From positions 3,200,001 to 3,264,000 of the forward strand of contig CAXXTU010000002.1 of the NCBI GenBank assembly GCA_963662655.2: a stretch of DNA of 64,000 bases, written 5' to 3'. A program made the translations under genes and the position numbers. Source of the stretch: Candidatus Cloacimonadales bacterium. Lineage in GTDB: Bacteria; Cloacimonadota; Cloacimonadia; Cloacimonadales; JAIOQZ01. Shown here piece after piece: positions 21,101-28,122 of the stretch (positions are counted from its first letter, which is position 1; every line of letters begins with the position of its first letter). The notes below the pieces were generated by a model. That model searched no databases. It was not told where the DNA came from and was given only the letters and a program-made list of their open reading frames with translations.

Positions 21101-21312
21101 CCAATTCACCGGCAGGGAAGATCGTCTACACGATCAGCGCTTCGCAGTGTCGTGATTGCAACCATTGCATCAACCGATGCGATCAGCACGCGATATACGA
21201 TGCGGGTCCTTACAAGGCGATCGATCCCGAACTTTGCATCGCGTGCGGCGAATGCGATCCGTACTGCCCGTACAACGCGATCAGCCCAGCAGTTATAGCT
21301 TATAACGACTAA
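18166..21312 (+). CDS. Lipoprotein with N- and C-terminal ferredoxin-like domains flanking eight FN3 repeats
   Basis: Signal ending LFYC. N-terminal CTACYEC-x5-CP and CVRCMRC-x5-C. Eight acidic repeats with consensus WTAPGDDG..GTA..Y.IRYS. C-terminal CRDCNHCINRC and CIACGECDPYCP. Confidence 0.88.
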   Translation: MRKQRLLLILMPLLSFFLFYCTDKISKNPENDGDVRVEYSSCTACYECMDLFSCPQNAIYIDEMRGTATIDPDKCVRCMRCITEFTCEYNAFTFKEDLIPPAPITDFSAVSDSMGTIDISFTATGDDSTSGIAWRYELNLKNASGEVLLPDFQPNAPKIAGLKETWHLSGLDSPQTVAVGVNVFDDCGLYASSQTLIVDISSDYPDVTAPSAITDLIAQPDADYVTLWWTAPGDDGDEGTAAAYDIRYSRTAIDSLSWDQASVFENTIAPTSQGVKETCRITLPDQANYYFAVRALDDSGNIASVSNNAQAAMTADVTPPDQITTLVAGNETTTSVTLTWEAVGDDGSIGVADDYVVKYHVLPITAQNWQAATTYDAEMSPQPAGETEELIIENLEEGFEYYFAVKAVDNAGNQSAISNVAHTQTVDIPDETAPSAIDDLVVSNTSTSTAQLRWTAPGGDGDEGYAFQYVVKASTQPITIDNWTAVDEIPNDLSPQVAGSQESFIVTGLEANTTYWFDVRAVDDALNIADLSNVAQGQTASEDDTVAPGAITDLLAHEDDPNILLTWTSTGDDVSEGTASYYEIRYSFETITGSNWAEATLLQNLPIPETAGTQQQYIFTSPQQNTAYYFAIKAFDDALNASELSNIAEGVIADDIAPSQIDDLQATAGTSDIELQWTAPGDDGDDGTAFSYEIRMSTVAITQANWDDAQLLENPPTPSTAGTAESYTVVAPQQDQTLFFAIRATDDADNVSAVSNNAESGIFDTTPPADITDLDATQSGEEALLTWTAPGDDGFTGTAESYEIRYATTIIDETNWASATLLSNAPYPESAGTQQQFSVAGLTADIQYYFGIKTLDDADNQSGLSNIADVTLGDDTVAPAAVTDLEVVESYVNLSTIRISWTAPGDDGITGTADHYEIRYSNLPITDANWSSASLFGSPPDPASAGTAQTLNVTGLDEGELYYFAIKAFDEIGNAGDCSNSPAGKIVYTISASQCRDCNHCINRCDQHAIYDAGPYKAIDPELCIACGECDPYCPYNAISPAVIAYND

Positions 21313-21328
21313 GAGATAAAGGATTCTC

Positions 21329-21565
21329 ATGAAACGAACGATTATTATTGCGGCGATCTTGATCGTTGCTTTATCGATACTGATTGCAGCAACCGAGACG
21401 AAACCGGAGGTCTTCCGGAAAGACTGTACAGGATGCGGTGATTGCGTAAAAGCATGTCCGGTGAAGGCGATAGAAGTCCACAATGGCAAGGCGGTGATCG
21501 ATAGCAGGAAGTGTATCAATTGCAAGCTCTGCACAACGAGCTGCACCTTCGGAGCAATCCGGTGA
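21329..21565 (+). CDS. Small exported 2[4Fe-4S] ferredoxin
   Basis: Signal peptide MKRTIIIAAILIVALSILIAA. Motifs CTGCGDCVKACP and CINCKLCTTSC. Confidence 0.85.
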   Translation: MKRTIIIAAILIVALSILIAATETKPEVFRKDCTGCGDCVKACPVKAIEVHNGKAVIDSRKCINCKLCTTSCTFGAIR

Positions 21566-21572
21566 GGCGCGT

Positions 21573-21845
21573 ATGAAGAAACTGCTGATCTATTCCGCTT
21601 TACTCATGATACTGCTTGGGCTTTTCATGACCGCCTGTGATAAAAAAGACTCGATCACGACATCCGCTTCCCCCTCCGCGTTTTACGAGATCGATAGCGA
21701 CGCTTGCATCTCCTGTGGGCGTTGTGTCGATGTTTGTCCATACAATGCCATCCAGTATGATGGGGAGGAGCCGGTCATCATCCAGACACGATGCAAGAGA
21801 TGTGGCGAATGTGTCTCCGTATGCCCGAAGGATGCGATCCAATGA
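21573..21845 (+). CDS. Lipoprotein 2[4Fe-4S] ferredoxin
   Basis: Lipobox MTAC, Ser/Thr linker, CISCGRCVDVCP and CKRCGECVSVCP. Confidence 0.85.
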   Translation: MKKLLIYSALLMILLGLFMTACDKKDSITTSASPSAFYEIDSDACISCGRCVDVCPYNAIQYDGEEPVIIQTRCKRCGECVSVCPKDAIQ

Positions 21846-23026
21846 GAAAAACCATCCTGTTTATCATCCTTGCAGGCATGAGTTGCGTTCTTCTCGGACA
21901 GACGGTTCTGAACTCCGAGATGGACAGCCGGGAAGGCTTTGTCGAGCGTTTATATCAATACTTCGATGTCCGGTTCGAGAATGGATTCGAGCTGAGCAAC
22001 ACCTTGTACATGAAGGTCAGCGAGGATCAGGACGAGCTGGAGCGGGATTACCTGAGAAATTACATTCGCGACAAGCTGCGTTTCTCCTTGTTCCGAGAGA
22101 GCTTCTATATTTCTTCGCACGTTGGAATTCAATACTATCACGACGAGCAGCACGAGACGCGTATCTCTGGTGCGGATGAGCAATACCGGCTCAAGAACGC
22201 TTTCTCCGGCGGTATTGATTTCTTCGGAACGTGGGACGGATTGGAGACGCTGCTCGAAGCGAGCTGGTTTGCGAACTACTATGATCGCTATGTGTTCAAC
22301 GACGCCGCGCAAAATTCCGATGATGATTGGGTCGTGAAGGAAGAGAAGAATCAGCTCGATAACGATGGAACCATCAAGGCGAGAATTGCCTATAAATTCA
22401 GCGATTATATCAAGCCGTTCGTGGAGGTGAATCACTTCAACGACATGAACGACATCGACACCTACGACTACACCGAGTACCGGCTCGGAAACCATTTGCT
22501 GAGCAAACTGGACAACCTGCATACTGTCGAGATGGAGGTTGCTGTCGTGAAGACGGACGCGTTCGAGAATCTTCCTGCCTATCTGGATTTCGATCTTCGT
22601 TTGACCAGCAAATATATCCATGACTGGATGTTCATCAACCGCGTCTCCGATAAAATCTGGAAGAACGATGACGAGAGCTCGAAAGCATACGGAAACGGTT
22701 TCTGGGAGTGTATCCTTCAGCATAATCTGAATTTCGATCGAGAGAACCGGGTCGACCGTTTCCTGATGGCGATCAAAAAGCATTTCGACGAGAACGTAAC
22801 CATCGCTCGCACTGGGTTGATGTACTACTTCGGGCCGTTCAGCCTTTACGGCGCATATCATTACTACTTCGGTAACGACCGTGTTAACAACTACAAGACC
22901 GGCATGGAACTTTCGTGGTACTACCCGGCTTACAGCGCGCGAATTTACTACGGCTTCTCGTTGATCGACGCGAGGTATGTCGAGAATACAACCGTTCACA
23001 GTATAAACATCGAGTTAGGCTATTGA
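21842..23026 (+). CDS. Predicted outer-membrane beta-barrel protein
   Basis: Signal peptide, alternating aromatic/hydrophobic strands, C-terminal SINIELGY (aromatic end, BAM-signal-like). ATGA overlap with the previous gene. Confidence 0.65.
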   Translation: MRKTILFIILAGMSCVLLGQTVLNSEMDSREGFVERLYQYFDVRFENGFELSNTLYMKVSEDQDELERDYLRNYIRDKLRFSLFRESFYISSHVGIQYYHDEQHETRISGADEQYRLKNAFSGGIDFFGTWDGLETLLEASWFANYYDRYVFNDAAQNSDDDWVVKEEKNQLDNDGTIKARIAYKFSDYIKPFVEVNHFNDMNDIDTYDYTEYRLGNHLLSKLDNLHTVEMEVAVVKTDAFENLPAYLDFDLRLTSKYIHDWMFINRVSDKIWKNDDESSKAYGNGFWECILQHNLNFDRENRVDRFLMAIKKHFDENVTIARTGLMYYFGPFSLYGAYHYYFGNDRVNNYKTGMELSWYYPAYSARIYYGFSLIDARYVENTTVHSINIELGY

Positions 23027-23027
23027 G

Positions 23028-24404
23028 ATGATTCAATCGTTGGCTGAAGGTTTTTCGCTCGGACTTGCGACCGGAATTGTTTGCCTCTCCACTTGCACGC
23101 CGATTTATCTGCCCTATCTGCTGAGCAGCGATCGCAAGCTGCTGAAGAGCTTTGGGGTGATCCTGGAGATATCCGCTGGAAGGTTCTTCTCTTATCTCAC
23201 GTTCGGCGCGATCGCGGGATTTCTGGGAGCGCAGATCGGTCAGGTGAATCGCGATTTGTTCACCGCGATTGCCTACATCATGCTCTCGGTGTATTTGATT
23301 CTCTCCGCTGTGAGGTCGCGGAACGAGCATAAAAAATGTGCGGTTCCCAAGATGGCTGCCATGACGCGCAGTCCTTTCGTATTAGGGATTCTAACAGGTA
23401 TAAACTTTTGCCCGGCTTTCCTCATCGCGCTTTCCAATGCGCTCAACCTCGCAGGCGCGTTGAGTGGAATGCTGCTGTTCATGGGATTTTTCTTCGGAAC
23501 TTCGCTGTTCCTGATCCCTTTGGCGTTGGCGAATTTTCTGACGAAGATCCGCCAGATGAAGCAGATCGCTCAGGTTGCTTCCGTGCTGATCGGTATCTGG
23601 TTCATCGGCAAGGGGCTTTTCATGCTCTATGGATACGCGGTGGGTACGGAGGTCAACAATCCGTTCGCGCCCGGCAAGGAGCTGGCGGTTGTTTCATCCG
23701 AAGCGGATATGGCGTATTTCACGGATTTGAGAGATTCGCTACAAGTTCGTACGGATGAGGCTGTCGATCTGCTAGAATTCAGCCCGGGTGGAGCCTTGGA
23801 GAAGAGGAAATCCGTGCTTTATTTCGTTAACCGGACACTGGTCGAGCAGGATTCAGCGGCATTCGAGGGGATGGATTATTTCGCAGTAGAAGCCGGCTAT
23901 CCCATCGGCGAGATGATGATGTATCTCACGACGGTCTTTCAGGGGTGTCCGGACGAAAGTGAATATGGTGACGGGAACAACAACCTGTGCTCCACATGCA
24001 CCCTGACGAAGGGACTTGATTTCTCGGGAAGGTTCCCGGTTGATTTCGAACAAAAAGAATTGTACATGATGGATGTGTTTGCTCCCGGAAATCAACTGGT
24101 CATTCTTGCGGACAACGACGATCCGTACTGGAAAGAACTTCAGAACACTTTGCAAGCCAATATACAGAAACCGATTCAGTTCATGCCTTTCGATCCCGGT
24201 AAAGACTTGCCGAACGAGGAGACGACTGTCTATATCATACCACAATCGGCCGAGCAGATAGCTCAGGACTCGGGGTGGATCGATTCGCTTCATACGATTG
24301 TCGTACCGAAAGGGTATTCGCCTCAGACCATCGCGGGATTTCTCAAGAAGTTCACGTTCAAGGTGGAAAATAGGCTAAGCTGGCATTTCGATGCCGACAA
24401 ATGA
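23028..24404 (+). CDS. DsbD_2/TauE-SafE-like multi-pass membrane protein with Cys motifs and a duplicated soluble C-terminal domain
   Basis: About 6 hydrophobic helices. GF.LGL..G..CL..C, GRF..Y...G and G...G.N.CP motifs typical of the DsbD_2 family. Confidence 0.72.
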   Translation: MIQSLAEGFSLGLATGIVCLSTCTPIYLPYLLSSDRKLLKSFGVILEISAGRFFSYLTFGAIAGFLGAQIGQVNRDLFTAIAYIMLSVYLILSAVRSRNEHKKCAVPKMAAMTRSPFVLGILTGINFCPAFLIALSNALNLAGALSGMLLFMGFFFGTSLFLIPLALANFLTKIRQMKQIAQVASVLIGIWFIGKGLFMLYGYAVGTEVNNPFAPGKELAVVSSEADMAYFTDLRDSLQVRTDEAVDLLEFSPGGALEKRKSVLYFVNRTLVEQDSAAFEGMDYFAVEAGYPIGEMMMYLTTVFQGCPDESEYGDGNNNLCSTCTLTKGLDFSGRFPVDFEQKELYMMDVFAPGNQLVILADNDDPYWKELQNTLQANIQKPIQFMPFDPGKDLPNEETTVYIIPQSAEQIAQDSGWIDSLHTIVVPKGYSPQTIAGFLKKFTFKVENRLSWHFDADK

Positions 24405-24429
24405 AACAGTTTCCGCATAGACAGACCAT

Positions 24430-24598
24430 AATGAGGGAGAGGAATTCAAGCCGTCTTCGGATGGGACGCTATCTAATTCGGGTGCGGCAATAAGAAGAGG
24501 ATATCGTTTCGCGCGTGGAATCGGTCGGGGGAATCGGCCGCATGGCATCGTTTATCGACTCGGAAGGCAATCGTACTTCACTCTGGTCAAAGCAATAA
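24430..24598 (+). pseudogene. Remnant of a VOC/glyoxalase-family gene
   Basis: Hand translation gives EFKPSSDGTL and IGRMASFIDSEGNRTSLWSKQ*, matching the F.DSEGNR..L C-terminus of VOC proteins. Confidence 0.55.
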
Positions 24599-24763
24599 TC
24601 GGGAAGGTACCGGCTTTTTTATGTGAGAAATGGTCTCTCGCGTGGCATCTTCGCCCGATTGCGCCGCTCCACCGTGGATATAATGCACCACGGAGCTATC
24701 GAACGTAAAAAATGTGGTGCATAACACCACGCCTGCGCGGCGAATCGAACCAATCTGCTCACG

Positions 24764-25282
24764 CTATGCGTGAATGGTGGAGAGAACCTTCCGGTAGACT
24801 TCCAAAGTACGTTCATCGAAGCAAACGAACAGCGTTTTTTCGATCGATGGGAATTCTTTGAGGGCTTCGATTACTGTGTTGATGGCAATTCTAGTGGCTC
24901 GTTCGAGCGGGAAACCGTATGCGCCGGTGCTTATGGACGGGAAAGCGATGGAGCGAATGTTGTTGTTCGCCGCGAGCTTCATGCTTTCGTAGTATGAGCT
25001 GCGAAGAAGCTCGTCTTCGTTGCTGTTGCCACCCCTCCAAACGGGGCCTACGGTATGGATGATGTATTTTGCGGGAAGCTTGAATCCCGGCGAAAGCTTC
25101 GCTTTGCCTGTGGGACACCCACCCAGGTTGCGGTTGTAATCGAGGAGCTCTTTTCCCGCTTTGCAGTGGATTGCTCCGTCGACTCCTCCTCCGCCGAGGA
25201 GAGAGTTGTTGGCTGCGTTCACGATGGCGTCCGTGTCAACTTGGGTGATATCTCCCTTGTGAAGCGAGATTCGCATTGTCAT
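24764..25282 (-). CDS. ymdB: Macro domain O-acetyl-ADP-ribose deacetylase
   Basis: GDIT, AIVNAANNSLLGGGGVDGAIH, IIHTVGP and AFPSISTGAYGFP. Confidence 0.92.
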   Translation of the reverse strand: MTMRISLHKGDITQVDTDAIVNAANNSLLGGGGVDGAIHCKAGKELLDYNRNLGGCPTGKAKLSPGFKLPAKYIIHTVGPVWRGGNSNEDELLRSSYYESMKLAANNNIRSIAFPSISTGAYGFPLERATRIAINTVIEALKEFPSIEKTLFVCFDERTLEVYRKVLSTIHA

Positions 25283-28122
25283 GACTGACTCCCGAAATGA
25301 TTGGTTCTGAACCACCCCGCCACCATGTCAACCAGCTCCACCGGGTTGGAAGCGTTCCTCAGCCTGGTTGGCGTTATCTGTTTGAAGAATTTGCCATAGT
25401 ACTTCGTTTCGACCCTCGTATCGAGAATCAATACAACGCCGCGGTCAGTTTTGTGGCGGATCAGACGACCGAATCCCTGGCGGTATTTCAGGAGTGCGTT
25501 CGGCAGCATGTAGTGCATGAAGGAGTCCTTGCCGTCATCCTTGAGCTTCTCGATGTAGGCTTCCACGATCGGCTCCGAAGGAACCTGGAATGGCAGCTTG
25601 TAGAGGATGAGGAGCGAAAGGGATTTCCCCTGCACGTCCACGCCTTCCCAGAACGAGGAAGTGCCCAGCAGCACGGCGTTTCCGTGCTCGCGGAACTGGT
25701 CCAGCATCGCGCTGCGGTTAAGTCCCTTGCCCTGCGCAAACATGACCACGTTGTTCTGGTACATGACCTCGCCAAGGTTTTCATACATCTGGTTCAGATC
25801 CTTGTAGGAGGTGAACAGCACCATGGAGCCAACACGCGAAGCGAGTAGCGTCTCTTTGATGAGCGTGGTGGCCTGATTGCCGAAAAACCGGTCGGTGTGC
25901 TCGGGCAGGAATCCCGCGACGCAAACTTCCGTCTGCTTCTCGTAGTCAAAAGGCGAGGGAACGACCAACTCGCGGATGTCTCTCGTCTCGACGAGGGAGA
26001 TTCCCATGCGGGTCGAAAAGTATTTGAAGGAGCCCCTCAGCGCGAGGGTTGCCGAAGTGAAAACGATGGTCGGGACGCGATCGTACAGAAGCGAGTTAAG
26101 CTTCTCGTCCACATCCAGGGGCGCGAAATTGAGAATGCCGTTCGGCACCTCCGGGTCCTTCGCGTAAAAGGACGAGAGCCAGAAAACGGTCTTGCTGAAG
26201 TCGGGTTGCTGGAGCAGCTCGAAGGTTTGCAGGAACTCCTTGCAGCGATCGATTGCCCCATCCAGATGCGTCATGTGGGTGTCGTATTCCACGAAGCTCT
26301 CGTGCGGGACATCCACCAGCGCGTCGCGCAGGGTTTGAAGCTCGTTGCGCAGGGTTCTGAAGAACTGGATCAGCTTGCCCATTTCGCTGTTCAGGAACGG
26401 GTATTCGTTGTTGTCCCGCACGCGCAGCTTTCCGTAGGATCCCTTTTTGTCGACCACCCGTCCCGTTTCCTGGAACAGAACCGGCAGGTCGTCGAAAGAA
26501 AGCGATCGCTGGATTTCCTCAATCTTCGCGTGGACGTATTCCTTGGTGGTTTGGTCGATCCTGCTCTTCGCGAGGGCTGCCTTGAGCTGCGGAAGCGAAC
26601 CGCCCTGGAACCGGCTGCGCTGGGAGTAGAGCTGCCGGATGAAGTAGGTGACATCCATGTGCCCAAGGGAGATTCCCAGATGGCTCGACGCGATGTCCGG
26701 CAGGTTGTGGGCCTCGTCGATGATGAGCTTGTCGTATTCTCCGAGCGTCGCGTTGTTGGAGAGGAGGTCGGAGAGCATGAGCGAGTGGTTGACGATCACG
26801 ATGTTGGCGTTTTCCGACGCCTTGCGTATCCTCATCAGATAGCATCGCTTGTACGCGCCGCACTTCCTTCCGTTGCAGAAATGCCGTTCGGTGCAGGTCT
26901 TGCGCCATACGGAGCCGAAGCGTGAGCGACTGAAAGCGCTGTTCTCCGAGACGTCGCCGGTCTTGGTGTAGTGCATCCACACTTCGAGCAGAAGCAGCCC
27001 GTCCGCGTCGAACGATGAAAGCGCACCCGGGATGTCGAAATGCAGCTCGTCCCATTTGCGCTGGCACACATAGTTGTCGCGTCCCTTGAGAATCACCGCC
27101 GAGAAGGGGATATCCACACTCTCCATGACCTGGGGTAGGTCCTTGTTGAAGAGCTGCTCTTGCAGGTTCTTGGTGTTTGTTGTGACAACGACTTTGCCTC
27201 TTTTATCGTGGGTATGGCGGATGGATGGAATCAGGTACGCGAGGGATTTCCCGACGCCCGTTCCCGCTTCGACCAGCAGGTATTCCTTTTCACGGAAAGC
27301 TTGCTCCACCGCGTGCGCCATTTCCACCTGGCCCTCGCGGAGTTCGTAACCTTCGAACGTATTCGCGAATCTTCCGCCTGTCCCGAAGATGGCTTCGATC
27401 GTGCTGAACTGCGTCTCATCCGGCTTGTGCGAGAGGATGTTGTCTGGAATCGTGAACGGGTGCTTCTTGGATTTCTGCAGGAGCGCGTACTTGCGCTGGT
27501 GATCCACGATTTGCTTGAGAAATCCCGCCGATTCCCTTCCTGCAGCCTCCAGGAGCTGCGCGATGGTGTTGTTCAGCTTGAGCGGAATGACGTTCAATAT
27601 CAGATCGGTGAGTTTGGCGAAAAGCTGTGCCGTCGCCCGGGCATCGTGGATCGCGCGGTGCGCGGATTCGATTTCGATGCCGAAGAATTCGCATACGGTA
27701 CCGAGCTTCTGGTCGCGAATAAACGGCAGGTAGATTCTGGCTAGTTCCAGCGTGTCCCGCGTGGGGTTGAAAAGCTTCGGCTGGCCAATTCTCTCCAGGT
27801 GGTGATTGATGAAACCGACATCGAAGGGCGTGTTGTGACACACGACCGGCGCATCGCCCAGAAACGCCTGCAAGCGTCTCAACGCTTGCTCGACAGGCAG
27901 GCCGGAAGCAAGCTGCGCGTCCGTGATGTGCGTGAGTACCTTGATGAAATTCGGTACGGGTCCCTGGGGCTTGACGAACTCGGAGAATTCCTCGGTCACA
28001 TCGCCGTTAACAACACGAATCGCCGCGATTTCGATGATCTCGTCATCGCGGGGATCAAGCCCGGTTGTTTCGATATCAAGCGTGATGAAGTGGGAGATCA
28101 ACTCAAAGTTTATCGAGTCCAT
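25279..28122 (-). CDS. dinG: Bifunctional DnaQ-like 3'-5' exonuclease / DinG-family helicase
   Basis: LDIETTG, HRAIHDA, EAGTGVGKS, IIDEAH, SFWEGVD and QGFGRLIR. Confidence 0.93.
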   Translation of the reverse strand: MDSINFELISHFITLDIETTGLDPRDDEIIEIAAIRVVNGDVTEEFSEFVKPQGPVPNFIKVLTHITDAQLASGLPVEQALRRLQAFLGDAPVVCHNTPFDVGFINHHLERIGQPKLFNPTRDTLELARIYLPFIRDQKLGTVCEFFGIEIESAHRAIHDARATAQLFAKLTDLILNVIPLKLNNTIAQLLEAAGRESAGFLKQIVDHQRKYALLQKSKKHPFTIPDNILSHKPDETQFSTIEAIFGTGGRFANTFEGYELREGQVEMAHAVEQAFREKEYLLVEAGTGVGKSLAYLIPSIRHTHDKRGKVVVTTNTKNLQEQLFNKDLPQVMESVDIPFSAVILKGRDNYVCQRKWDELHFDIPGALSSFDADGLLLLEVWMHYTKTGDVSENSAFSRSRFGSVWRKTCTERHFCNGRKCGAYKRCYLMRIRKASENANIVIVNHSLMLSDLLSNNATLGEYDKLIIDEAHNLPDIASSHLGISLGHMDVTYFIRQLYSQRSRFQGGSLPQLKAALAKSRIDQTTKEYVHAKIEEIQRSLSFDDLPVLFQETGRVVDKKGSYGKLRVRDNNEYPFLNSEMGKLIQFFRTLRNELQTLRDALVDVPHESFVEYDTHMTHLDGAIDRCKEFLQTFELLQQPDFSKTVFWLSSFYAKDPEVPNGILNFAPLDVDEKLNSLLYDRVPTIVFTSATLALRGSFKYFSTRMGISLVETRDIRELVVPSPFDYEKQTEVCVAGFLPEHTDRFFGNQATTLIKETLLASRVGSMVLFTSYKDLNQMYENLGEVMYQNNVVMFAQGKGLNRSAMLDQFREHGNAVLLGTSSFWEGVDVQGKSLSLLILYKLPFQVPSEPIVEAYIEKLKDDGKDSFMHYMLPNALLKYRQGFGRLIRHKTDRGVVLILDTRVETKYYGKFFKQITPTRLRNASNPVELVDMVAGWFRTNHFGSQS

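Noticed and set aside
17569..21845. Cys motifs as c-type heme sites
   Set aside because: The pattern is CxxCxxCxxxC(P), which is ferredoxin-type. No CxxCH is present; CRDCNHC does not fit.
24764..28122. DinG plus macrodomain as a type IV CRISPR or anti-phage module
   Set aside because: There are no cas genes or array. The DnaQ-DinG fusion and YmdB are common housekeeping forms.
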